From Aquiluna sp. (GTDB lineage Bacteria > Actinomycetota > Actinomycetes > Actinomycetales > Microbacteriaceae): 64,000 nt of DNA. Below the pieces are notes generated by a model. The model was not told the origin of the DNA, ran no database searches, and saw only the letters and a program-made list of their open reading frames with translations. Both the position numbers and the translations under genes were made by a program. This document shows positions 9,423-18,031 of this stretch, in pieces. Position 1 is the stretch's first letter; each line of letters opens with the position of its first letter. Where the stretch lies: positions 112-64,111 of the forward strand of contig JAPKCK010000008.1 of assembly GCA_028822985.1 (NCBI GenBank), in the 5' to 3' direction.

Positions 9423-9809
9423 ATGGAAAATCTATTTTGGATCTTTTTACTCATTGCGGGAATGTGGGCATTTCAGCTCTATCTTGCAGTCAAGCAATCT
9501 CAACGGTTCGGTGAGCAAATCAAGGAGATTAGAACCGCTGGCACCACAACATCTGTTGGCATAGGTGGCTACAGATATCGAGGGGGCCGTGCCTTTGTCG
9601 CAATTGCGCAGAAGGACGGAGTCGTTACCGGCTCGAGAGTACTGACGGGATTGTCGGTTTTTGCAAATTCCAAGCCTTGGGACAAGGTAATTGGCATGCA
9701 CATAAGTGATTTAGCTGAAGGCAAAGGTCTTGAGAATGAGAAGAGAAAGCGCAGAGATGGGGCTAAAAGGGCAGCACAGACACTGCTAGATGAAAATGCA
9801 CAAACGTGA
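9423..9809 (+). CDS. gutM: GutM-family glucitol operon activator
   Basis: N-terminal TM helix with WAFQLYL, then VGIGG and G..VFA motifs; lies directly before the srlA-like gene. Confidence 0.75.
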   Translation: MENLFWIFLLIAGMWAFQLYLAVKQSQRFGEQIKEIRTAGTTTSVGIGGYRYRGGRAFVAIAQKDGVVTGSRVLTGLSVFANSKPWDKVIGMHISDLAEGKGLENEKRKRRDGAKRAAQTLLDENAQT

Positions 9810-9851
9810 TTACAAAGTAGCTCGTGATTCAGAACCACCTCCACTAGATTC

Positions 9852-9868
9852 TTGACAAGCATGGTCAA
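9852..9868. promoter_or_regulatory. Perfect inverted repeat TTGAC-N7-GTCAA overlapping a TTGACA hexamer upstream of the PTS genes
   Basis: Read directly: ttgac aagcatg gtcaa in the 91-bp gap between gutM and srlA. Confidence 0.4.
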
Positions 9869-9900
9869 AGTGGCCCGTGCTTCGATCCTTAGGAGGGTTG

Positions 9901-10491
9901 ATGAATCTCTTTACAGACGCAGCAACGGTGTCAGCACCGGAAGGCGTATGGGGAGCAATTGCTAGCGGTGCGGAATATTTCATTGGAATATTCCAAGAAG
10001 GTGGAGTGGTACTTTTCAGTCTTATCGGAGGAATTCTTCCGACTCTGATTGTTCTACTCACGGCAGTTAATGCTCTAGTCCGTCTAATCGGTCCAGATAA
10101 AATCGAAAACTTGGGACGCAAAGCGGCCCAGCCTGGTCTTATCTGGTATCCAGTCCGTTACATGGTGCTGCCGGTCTTGGCAGTATTTTTCCTAACGAAC
10201 CCAATGGCCTACACCATGGGTCGTTTTCTACCAGAGGCGTACAAGCCAGCTTTTTATGACAGCGCGGTTTCGTTTGTACACCCAATTACCGGTCTTTTCC
10301 CGCACGCAAACCCAGGTGAGCTATTTGTTTACCTAGGCATCGCAGCTGGAATTACGACTCTCGGCTTCGGTCTTGGAGACATAGCAATTCGTTTCTTGCT
10401 AGTGGGACTTGTTGTCATCTTTATTCGCGGAGTGGTAACTGAATTTATTACCAAGCGAATGATGGCTAGAAGAGATAAGGCGGCTGCCTAA
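9901..10491 (+). CDS. srlA: PTS glucitol/sorbitol-family EIIC component
   Basis: [58 protein letters not shown]; RBS AGGAGG before ATG 9901. Confidence 0.9.
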   Translation: MNLFTDAATVSAPEGVWGAIASGAEYFIGIFQEGGVVLFSLIGGILPTLIVLLTAVNALVRLIGPDKIENLGRKAAQPGLIWYPVRYMVLPVLAVFFLTNPMAYTMGRFLPEAYKPAFYDSAVSFVHPITGLFPHANPGELFVYLGIAAGITTLGFGLGDIAIRFLLVGLVVIFIRGVVTEFITKRMMARRDKAAA

Positions 10492-11021
10492 TGAATAACC
10501 TATTAGTAAAAGTAGGACGCGGAGTTGGTGGCGTCGTTGGAGCTCTTTACCAGGCTGGTAGAGACTCGATTGACACAGTAATCCGGAACATCCTGCCATT
10601 CATGGCGTTTATCTCATTCATCATCGGTCTGGTACTTGTTACCGGCATTGGTGACTTTATTGCTCAGGGCATCAAGCCTCTGGCTAGCAGCCTTGTTGGT
10701 CTGCTAATCGTGTCAGTGATTTGTGCAATTCCATTGCTATCTCCACTTCTAGGTCCAGGTGCGGTTATCGCACAGGTTGTTGGAACCTTGCTAGGTGTCG
10801 AGATTGGTAAGGGAACTATCCCTCCGCAGTACGCACTTCCTGCCCTATTCGCTATCAACCCTCAGGTTGGTTGCGACTTCATACCGGTAGGTCTTGCTCT
10901 TGGTGAAGCCGAGCCAGAGACAGTAGAAATCGGTGTTCCTGCCGTGCTGTTCTCTCGTTTGATCACCGGCCCTACCGCCGTTGTTATTGCGTACTTCGCA
11001 AGCTTCGGCATGTACAGCTAA
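10491..11021 (+). CDS. srlE: PTS glucitol-family EIIBC, stand-alone C-terminal membrane domain (split srlE, C part)
   Basis: [74 protein letters not shown]. Confidence 0.85.
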   Translation: MNNLLVKVGRGVGGVVGALYQAGRDSIDTVIRNILPFMAFISFIIGLVLVTGIGDFIAQGIKPLASSLVGLLIVSVICAIPLLSPLLGPGAVIAQVVGTLLGVEIGKGTIPPQYALPALFAINPQVGCDFIPVGLALGEAEPETVEIGVPAVLFSRLITGPTAVVIAYFASFGMYS

Positions 11022-11041
11022 AACGTTTTCCCTAACGGTTG

Positions 11042-11084
11042 ACAGAGGGTGGGTGGAATAATCCGCCCGCCCTCTGTTCTTCTT
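11042..11084 (+). terminator. 16-bp stem-loop inside the operon (terminator-like or mRNA-stabilising)
   Basis: ACAGAGGGTGGGTGGA-ATAA-TCCGCCCGCCCTCTGT (2 G-U pairs) followed by TCTTCTT. Confidence 0.65.
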
Positions 11085-11134
11085 AAAGGCAAGGAAAACA
11101 CTTTTCTGAAACAACGACGTTGAAGGAGTAACAA

Positions 11135-11509
11135 ATGGCAGATTACAAGGCAGTACTAATTGAAAAAGGCCCTGGCGGTTGGGGTGGCCCTTTGACCATT
11201 TTGCCAACCGATGAAAAGCCACTTATCTACTGCGTAACCGGAGGTGGCATTCACCCAATAGCAGCTCGGATTGCGGAGCTCACCGGTGGCCAGGTGTTTG
11301 ACGGCTTCAAGTCCTCAGCACCTTTTGACAAAATCGCAGTAGCAGTCATCGACTGTGGTGGTACGGCGCGCATCGGTGTTTACCCAATGAAGAAGGTAAA
11401 GACCGTGGACATTCACGCAACGAGCCCTGCTGGTCCGTTGGCAATGTTCATAACCGAAGAGCTAATGGTTTCCGGCGTAAAAGCCGACAACATCAAACCG
11501 ATCGACTAG
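11135..11509 (+). CDS. srlE: PTS glucitol-family EIIB, stand-alone soluble domain (split srlE, N part)
   Basis: KGPGGWGGPL, VTGGGIHP, VIDCGGTARIGVYPMK (phospho-acceptor Cys), PAGPLA.FITE; own RBS AAGGAG. Confidence 0.85.
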   Translation: MADYKAVLIEKGPGGWGGPLTILPTDEKPLIYCVTGGGIHPIAARIAELTGGQVFDGFKSSAPFDKIAVAVIDCGGTARIGVYPMKKVKTVDIHATSPAGPLAMFITEELMVSGVKADNIKPID

Positions 11510-11519
11510 AAAGAAAAAA

Positions 11520-11885
11520 ATGACGGCGCTTTACAAAAGCACTGTCACCGAGATTGGCGAATTAGTACCTGCGTTCATAGCGGAGGGAATGTTGGTCTTT
11601 TTTGGTGAAGGGGCTCCGGAGGAACTCAGGGACTTCTGCATCATGCATGAAGTCAGTCACAAGCAGGACCAGGTTATGGTTGGCGATTTTTTTGCCATCG
11701 ATGACCATGAGTTTGAAATTTTGGCCGTCGGCGATGTCGCCAACGAAAACCTGATGAATCTTGGGCACCTAAACCTGAAGGCCAACGGCAACAATCAAGC
11801 AGACCTCCCCGGGGATGTATGCATCGCAGAAGTGGAGCTTCCCGAAATAAGGGTCGGGGCTCACTTCGGTATTACAAGGAGATAA
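11520..11885 (+). CDS. srlB: PTS glucitol/sorbitol-family EIIA component
   Basis: FFGEGAPEELRDFC, VGDVANENLMNLGHL (phospho-acceptor His), LPG. Confidence 0.9.
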   Translation: MTALYKSTVTEIGELVPAFIAEGMLVFFGEGAPEELRDFCIMHEVSHKQDQVMVGDFFAIDDHEFEILAVGDVANENLMNLGHLNLKANGNNQADLPGDVCIAEVELPEIRVGAHFGITRR

Positions 11886-11889
11886 CCAA

Positions 11890-13170
11890 GTGCAATATCG
11901 TTTGAAACTAAAGCAAATGGCAGAGGCCAATGGCCGGCCATTTCGCATTGCTCTGGTTGGCGCCGGGCAGATGGGACGCGGCTTCGCCTCACAGTCACAC
12001 AGACTGGGCTTGCAGGTTGCGGTAGTCGCGGACATAGCTGAAGAGCGCATCAGTCAGGCATTTACCGACCTGGGGCTAGATGCACCGCTAATTTCAAACG
12101 ATATTGCTCTTCTCAATGCTGCGATAGCCAGCGGCAAGCCAGCGGGGACAACGGACTCCAACATTGTTCCGCTTTTGGATGTTGACGTTGTCGTCGAGGC
12201 CACCGGAGTAGCCGAGATCGGTGCTCAGGTTATCTACAACACTTTGATCAATAAAAAGCACAGCGCCACCTTGAATGTCGAGTGTGACGTGACCATTGGG
12301 CCGATGCTGCGCGAGACCGCCAGAGAAAACGGAGTGCTCTACTCGGTTTGCAATGGCGATGAGCCAGCGGAAGCTAAAGAGCTTGTCGATTTTGCGAAGG
12401 ACCTGTCCTTTGAGATCGTGATGGCAGGAAAGGGTAAAAACAATCCTTTCGAGCCTCACTCCAACCCGGATACTGTCTCCGAGCGCGCAGCCCAAAAACA
12501 TATGAACCCCAAGATGCTTGCGAGCTTCACTGACGGCTCCAAAACCATGATTGAGATGGCTGCTCTTGCCAATGCCACCGGCCTAGCCGTTACTAAGCGC
12601 GGAATGATCGGCCCTGCAGCAAGCGTGAAAACTTTGCAGGACGTTTTCTGCCCAGTTGAAGATGGCGGAGTCTTAGAGCAAACCGGCGTAGTTGACTATT
12701 GCACGGGAGATGTTGCACCCGGAGTTTTTGTAATCGTGAAAACCGATAGCCCATATGTTGCCGAAGAGATGAGCTATCTATCAATGGGCAAGGGTCCCTA
12801 CTTTGCTATCTTTCGGCCCTTCCACCTGGCAAGCGTTGAGGCACCGCTAACGGTTGCCAAAATGCTTTGCGATGGCTATGAGACGCTGGTCAGCGGTAAG
12901 CCGACCACTGAGGTCATTGCTTCAACCAAAAAATTACACAAGCAGGGCGAAAAGTTTGACGGCATCGGCGGCTTCTCAGCCCGAGGTGTGACCGACAGGG
13001 TCGAGGATGCCAAAAACGAAAACCTCGTTCCGATTGGTTTATTGCAAGGAGCAACTGCGAGGCGGGACATTCCTATCGATACGCTTATCACCTACGACGA
13101 TGTTGACTTAGATACTTCCCAGACGATTTATCAGCTGCGTCAAAAGCAAGACCAGTTAGGTCTTTCTTAG
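11890..13170 (+). CDS. DXR-II/DRL-family NAD(P)-dependent oxidoreductase/reductoisomerase with a C-terminal SAF domain
   Basis: GAGQMG Rossmann motif, NVECDVTIGP, GDEP, AGKGKNNP, DGSKTMIEMAALANATGL, GKGPYF..RPFHL, DGIGG. These blocks match the Brucella DRL family as I recall it. Confidence 0.85.
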   Translation: MQYRLKLKQMAEANGRPFRIALVGAGQMGRGFASQSHRLGLQVAVVADIAEERISQAFTDLGLDAPLISNDIALLNAAIASGKPAGTTDSNIVPLLDVDVVVEATGVAEIGAQVIYNTLINKKHSATLNVECDVTIGPMLRETARENGVLYSVCNGDEPAEAKELVDFAKDLSFEIVMAGKGKNNPFEPHSNPDTVSERAAQKHMNPKMLASFTDGSKTMIEMAALANATGLAVTKRGMIGPAASVKTLQDVFCPVEDGGVLEQTGVVDYCTGDVAPGVFVIVKTDSPYVAEEMSYLSMGKGPYFAIFRPFHLASVEAPLTVAKMLCDGYETLVSGKPTTEVIASTKKLHKQGEKFDGIGGFSARGVTDRVEDAKNENLVPIGLLQGATARRDIPIDTLITYDDVDLDTSQTIYQLRQKQDQLGLS

Positions 13171-13196
13171 GGGTAAACAAGTAAGAGGGGTGAGAG

Positions 13197-13463
13197 TTGT
13201 CAGAAGATAGCCTCACCGACCCTTGTGGGTTTTGTAGGGACCAAAGACCCAAGCAGGTCCTCTATCAGGGGAAGGTCGCGTTCGGAACAAAGTGCACAGT
13301 CTGTGGCGCCACCGCTCAATACAGCTCTCGCACGCTTAGAAACCACGCTCTGGCTGTGACCCCTCCGGGCTTTGAGCACACACCGCTTGGGATGGTTGCC
13401 AAAATGCTGAAGGACCTGGGCTCGTTTTTTGGCGCAAAGAAAAACAAAGGCCCAGGTAACTAA
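13197..13463 (+). CDS. Small hypothetical protein with two CxxC motifs (zinc-ribbon-like)
   Basis: CGFC and CTVC; purine-rich RBS before the TTG start; fills the gap after the operon. Confidence 0.55.
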   Translation: MSEDSLTDPCGFCRDQRPKQVLYQGKVAFGTKCTVCGATAQYSSRTLRNHALAVTPPGFEHTPLGMVAKMLKDLGSFFGAKKNKGPGN

Positions 13464-13639
13464 GCAGCTAAGTACCGTGATCGCAGGGCATCGTGACAAA
13501 TAAGGCCCTGGAGGTGGCCAAGCGTCCTGAATTCCCTTACACGGCTCAAAACTAAGTGCGAGCACCTCTCAGCTGGGAGCCAGTTCTCCACAGGTACGCG
13601 CTCTAGCTCAAGTGGACTAATCGGACTAAGGTTAGTTTT

Positions 13640-13897
13640 ATGGTGAAGCAGGTGAACATGCACGAGGCAAAGACAAACTTTTCCAAACTCGCTCAACAGG
13701 TTGAGGCTGGTGAAGAGGTTCTGATTGCCAGAGATGGGAAGGTGATCATGAAGCTTTCAAAGTTCGAAGAAGAGCTTTCGGTGCCAAGGGATTTTTCAAG
13801 TTTGAAGGGTCTGACTTCTCCAATAAGTGATGAGGAGTGGGATCGGATGGATCAAGAGTTCCTGGATTCAATCGAATATGGGGAGCTGGATGTATAA
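13640..13897 (+). CDS. Phd/YefM-family antitoxin (VapB)
   Basis: VNMHEAKTNFSKL..QVEAGEEVLIARDGK; overlaps the toxin start. Confidence 0.9.
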   Translation: MVKQVNMHEAKTNFSKLAQQVEAGEEVLIARDGKVIMKLSKFEEELSVPRDFSSLKGLTSPISDEEWDRMDQEFLDSIEYGELDV

Positions 13898-14279
13898 GGG
13901 CTACCTACTTGACACTCAAGTTTTGGTCTGGCTGGAGCACTTTCCAGAGCGCATCGGAAAGAATTCAATCCATCTGATTGAAAGAAGAGAGGTCTATTTC
14001 TCATCGATTTCAGTCGCCGAGCTCTCCTTCAAAGGGTCTTTAGGCAAGTATCCATTCAACCCGGACTCGCCAAGGGCCTGGAACGAAGCGGGCATCAAGA
14101 CATTGAATTTTGACACAGCGGCAGGCTTCGCATTTCCTAGATTTTCTGCCAGTCAGGTACCAGACCCAATAGACCGACAGATCATGGCTACAGCCGCCGC
14201 AAATAACTTGATTCTCCTGACTTCAGATCGAAAGATACTCGCTCAAAACTTTGATTGGGTCTTGGATGCCACAACGTAG
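13890..14279 (+). CDS. vapC: PIN-domain toxin (VapC)
   Basis: YLLDTQVLVW, SSISVAE, DPIDRQIMATA, LLTSDR; ATG 13890 overlaps the antitoxin end. Confidence 0.9.
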   Translation: MYKGYLLDTQVLVWLEHFPERIGKNSIHLIERREVYFSSISVAELSFKGSLGKYPFNPDSPRAWNEAGIKTLNFDTAAGFAFPRFSASQVPDPIDRQIMATAAANNLILLTSDRKILAQNFDWVLDATT

Positions 14280-14303
14280 ACTTGGGGCTGTCTAAGGAGT
14301 CAG

Positions 14304-15476
14304 ATGTCTAACCGCCAAGTCACACCCAGAACCGAAGGGTGGACCCAGAAAAAAGATGAAACCGGCAAACCGCTATTGCAATTTGCCGAACCCAAGCGTG
14401 GCAAGCCGCCGCTTCATTTAGCGGATATTGAACCCGGCGAACGAGCAGCCAGAGTCAAAGAGCTCGGCATTGAATCTTTTAGGGCCAAGCAACTGGCGAC
14501 CCATTACTTTGATCACTACACCTCAGACCCTGAGAAGATGACCGATCTTCCAAAAACTGGCCGAGAAGAGCTGGTTAGCAAGGTGCTACCCACCATGCTT
14601 ACCGAAGTCAAGAGACTGCAAACCGATGACGGTAAGACGGTCAAATTCTTGTGGCGCTTATTTGACGGAGCACTGGTTGAATCGGTTCTCATGCGATACA
14701 CAAACCGAATCACACTGTGTGTTTCTTCACAGGCCGGTTGTGGCATGAACTGTCCGTTCTGCGCGACCGGGCAGGCGGGACTGGTTCGCAATATGTCAGC
14801 CGGTGAGATTGTTGATCAGATTGTCCGTGCCAACGAGCTGATTGCAGCGGGCGGCTTGGGCAAGCGCAAGCACGACGACGAGCGGGTAAACAACATTGTT
14901 TTTATGGGCATGGGTGAACCGCTTGCAAATTACGCAAGGGTCATGAGCGCTATTAGGACCATGGTTGAACCACAGCCAAATGGTCTCGGCATGAGTGCTA
15001 GAAACATAACGGTGTCAACCGTTGGTCTGGTTCCGGGAATCAAGAAACTAGCCGATGAAGATCTTCCCTTGACCTTCGCACTTTCCCTGCACGCCCCAGA
15101 TGACCAACTGCGTGACGACTTGATTCCGGTGAACTCAAAGTGGAAGGTGGATGAAGCACTGGATGCTGCCAGGAGCTACTTTGAGAAAACCGGAAGAAGA
15201 GTTTCGATCGAGTACGCGCTGATAAAAGACATGAACGATCACGGTTGGCGAGCAGAGTTACTTGCTCAAAAGCTGAATGACCGCGGAAAAGGATGGGTAC
15301 ACGTGAACCCAATTCCACTGAACCCAACACCGGGTTCGGTATGGACAGCGTCAACTGCGGAACAAACCGACATTTTTGTTTCTACCCTTGAGAAAAACGG
15401 AATTCCAACTACCCTGCGCGATACTCGTGGCAAGGAAATAGACGGAGCCTGCGGGCAGCTCGCTGCCGTCGATTGA
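14304..15476 (+). CDS. rlmN: Dual-specificity rRNA/tRNA m2A methyltransferase RlmN
   Basis: CVSSQAGCGMNCPFCATG radical-SAM motif, MGMGEPL, SLHAP, IDGACGQL. Confidence 0.97.
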   Translation: MSNRQVTPRTEGWTQKKDETGKPLLQFAEPKRGKPPLHLADIEPGERAARVKELGIESFRAKQLATHYFDHYTSDPEKMTDLPKTGREELVSKVLPTMLTEVKRLQTDDGKTVKFLWRLFDGALVESVLMRYTNRITLCVSSQAGCGMNCPFCATGQAGLVRNMSAGEIVDQIVRANELIAAGGLGKRKHDDERVNNIVFMGMGEPLANYARVMSAIRTMVEPQPNGLGMSARNITVSTVGLVPGIKKLADEDLPLTFALSLHAPDDQLRDDLIPVNSKWKVDEALDAARSYFEKTGRRVSIEYALIKDMNDHGWRAELLAQKLNDRGKGWVHVNPIPLNPTPGSVWTASTAEQTDIFVSTLEKNGIPTTLRDTRGKEIDGACGQLAAVD

Positions 15477-15516
15477 TCGGGTTCACTGTCGAAGCCTGAC
15501 CGCTTAGGCTATTTTT

Positions 15517-16551
15517 ATGAAAAACATCACATTTGGCCTAGACACCTTTGGCAATGTCTCTCTAGATGACAATGGAAACAATCTTTCCGCCGCGCAGGTA
15601 ATTCGCGATGTCTTAGCTCAGGGTCAGCTCGCCGATGAGTTGGGGATTAATAACTTCAACATCGGTGAACACCACCGTGATGATTTTGCAGTTACTGCTC
15701 CCGACACAATTTTGGCTGGCCTTGCCACCACCACGAAGAACATCACCCTTGGCACCGGAGTGACTGTTTTATCAAGTGAAGATCCGGTTCGGGTTTACCA
15801 GCGCTTTGCCACAATCGATGCACTATCTAACGGTCGGGTTCAGATCACCGCGGGGCGTGGATCATTCATTGAGAGCTTTCCGCTTTTTGGCTACGAGTTG
15901 TCCGATTACAACGAACTGTTTGAGCAGAAACTTGAATTATTAGTCGAGCTTTTGAAAGAGGGTCCCGTTACCTGGTCTGGGTCCATGAGAGCTGGTCTTA
16001 CTAACCAAGAGGTTTATCCAAAGACTGAGCGCGGCCAGATGCCCCTGCGGGTTGGTGTTGGAGGTTCGCCGGAGTCGGTGCTTCGAGCAGCAAGACTAAA
16101 CATTCCAATGGCGCTTGCCATAATCGGCGGTGACCCTGCCAGGTTTGAGCCTTTCGCCAGACTTTATAAAGAAACTCTTGCAAAGCTTGGCGTGCCCGAG
16201 TTGCCAGTTTCGGTTCACTCACCCGGTCATGTTGCAGAAACTGATGACCAGGCCATCGAAGAGGCTTGGCCGGGCTATGAGGCTTCATTTGGGAAGATCG
16301 GGCTTGAGCGCGGCTGGGGTCCGACTTCAAAGGAGCATTTTTTGTCCGAGGTATATCACGGTTCGATGTATGTCGGTTCGCCTGAGACCGTGGCGAAAAA
16401 GATTGTTCATGCCCTTAGCTCTGTTGGTGCCAGCCGCTTTGACCTGAAGTACGACATGGGTCCGTTGCCGCACTCAAAGCTCACAAAAAGCATCGAACTC
16501 TACGCAACGAAGGTTGTGCCTATGGTTCGCGATATGCTCGAAACCGCATAG
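15517..16551 (+). CDS. LLM-class (luciferase-like) flavin-dependent oxidoreductase
   Basis: GEHHRDDF, LSSEDPVRVYQRFATID..SNGR, GRGSFIESFPLFG. Confidence 0.9.
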   Translation: MKNITFGLDTFGNVSLDDNGNNLSAAQVIRDVLAQGQLADELGINNFNIGEHHRDDFAVTAPDTILAGLATTTKNITLGTGVTVLSSEDPVRVYQRFATIDALSNGRVQITAGRGSFIESFPLFGYELSDYNELFEQKLELLVELLKEGPVTWSGSMRAGLTNQEVYPKTERGQMPLRVGVGGSPESVLRAARLNIPMALAIIGGDPARFEPFARLYKETLAKLGVPELPVSVHSPGHVAETDDQAIEEAWPGYEASFGKIGLERGWGPTSKEHFLSEVYHGSMYVGSPETVAKKIVHALSSVGASRFDLKYDMGPLPHSKLTKSIELYATKVVPMVRDMLETA

Positions 16552-16709
16552 CCGTAAGGGCTCAGATCATTTTCATTGAGAGCGAAGCCTTCAGGAATGT
16601 TCGCGAATGATTGGAAATGTTCGTTTGTGACGACTTTGTTATCAAATCTGTACATTTAAGCCTTATTTCGTGGTTATTCTGTAGCCAGACATTCATACTA
16701 GGAGGTTCA

Positions 16710-18008
16710 ATGTTGAACAAAATTACCGGTCACGAAGTTGACCGTCGGTTACTTCTCAAGGGCGCAGCTGCCGGTGGCTTAGGTATCGCGGGTGCAACCA
16801 TGTTGGCAGGCTGTGCGCCTGCAGCATCGGGCCCAATGTCATTCGGTGCCCGCACCGTTGACGAGTCGCCAACCCAGCAACTAGAAGCACTAGTTGCCGC
16901 TTACACCGTGAAGTCAGGCAACGAAGTTGCTTACAACGCGACGGAGTCAAACGCTTTCCAGAACAACTTGTCGCAGTACCTGCAGGGAACACCTGACGAC
17001 TGCTTCCAGTGGATGGCCGGTTACCGCATGCAGTTCTTCGCGGAGCAGGGTCTTCTAGAGGATGTGTCAGATGTCTGGGATGACATTGGAAGCCAGTACT
17101 CCGACAGCTACAAAATTGCCTCAACAGGCCTTGACGGGAAGCAGTACTTCGTCCCTCAGAGCTGGTACCCATGGGGTCTTCACTTCCGTAAGTCGATGAT
17201 GGAAGAGATCGGCCTAGCCGCAACTGACGTCTACAACTGGGACGACATGCTAGGAGCTCTTGCAGAGCTCAAGGGCCAGGGTCTAATTGGACTTGCAGCT
17301 GCCGACAAGGGCGGCTGGGAAGCAATGGGAACCTTTGACATCTTGAACGCACGTATCAACGGTTACCAGTTCCACGTCGACCTACTTGCCGGCCGTGAGA
17401 AGTGGACCGACTCCAGAGTCAAGGAAGTCTTCCGTCACTGGGAGATGCTACTTCCTTACCAGAACACCAACGTCCTAGACCTTGAGTGGGACGGCGCAAT
17501 GCAGCTTCTGTTGCAGAAGCAATCTGGATTCTTCATGATGGGCTCATGGTTTGGCGGAAACTTCAAAGAGCAGAGCCAAGAAGATTATGACGACCTAATG
17601 ATCATTCCTTTCCCGGAGATCAACGCAGACCACGGACGCGACACTGTCGATGCTCCACTAGATGGTTTCTGTGTTGCAGCGAACGGTGGAAACACCGGCG
17701 TTGGTAAGGACTTCATCAAGTTCGCCGGAGACATGGAAGGTGTTCAGGCCATGCTTGACACCGGTGTTCCAATGACCAGCGCTAACAACGGTCAGGACAA
17801 GTCATCCTACGATGCATTCCAGGTCGCACAGCAAGCTGTTATGGATGAGGCTAAGTACATCACTCAGTTCCTAGACCGCGACACTCGCCCTGACTTTGCC
17901 GGCCCAATCATCGGTCCTGCATTCCAGAGCTGGTTCAAGGACCCATCTAGCACGAATGACATTCTTGAGTCATTGCAGAGCCAGTGGGACGCTCTAGCTC
18001 CGCTGTAA
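16710..18008 (+). CDS. Carbohydrate ABC transporter substrate-binding lipoprotein, Tat-exported
   Basis: RBS GGAGG before ATG 16710; twin-arginine DRRLLLKG; lipobox MLAGC; CUT1-type binding-protein fold. Confidence 0.88.
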   Translation: MLNKITGHEVDRRLLLKGAAAGGLGIAGATMLAGCAPAASGPMSFGARTVDESPTQQLEALVAAYTVKSGNEVAYNATESNAFQNNLSQYLQGTPDDCFQWMAGYRMQFFAEQGLLEDVSDVWDDIGSQYSDSYKIASTGLDGKQYFVPQSWYPWGLHFRKSMMEEIGLAATDVYNWDDMLGALAELKGQGLIGLAAADKGGWEAMGTFDILNARINGYQFHVDLLAGREKWTDSRVKEVFRHWEMLLPYQNTNVLDLEWDGAMQLLLQKQSGFFMMGSWFGGNFKEQSQEDYDDLMIIPFPEINADHGRDTVDAPLDGFCVAANGGNTGVGKDFIKFAGDMEGVQAMLDTGVPMTSANNGQDKSSYDAFQVAQQAVMDEAKYITQFLDRDTRPDFAGPIIGPAFQSWFKDPSSTNDILESLQSQWDALAPL

Positions 18009-18031
18009 AGCGAAGCTAAACTAACTGAATT

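Noticed and set aside
13464-13639. Intergenic stretch before the antitoxin as an sRNA or IS scar
   Set aside because: No stable hairpin, terminal repeat or recognisable protein remnant could be supported.
16611-16709. Upstream extensions in the ORF track (also 13827, 31487, 36794, 39352, 43494, 45717, 49081, 50456, 52386, 52613, 63065)
   Set aside because: Downstream starts have an RBS, -10 spacing or stop-start overlap and match family N-termini, so the shorter coordinates were used.
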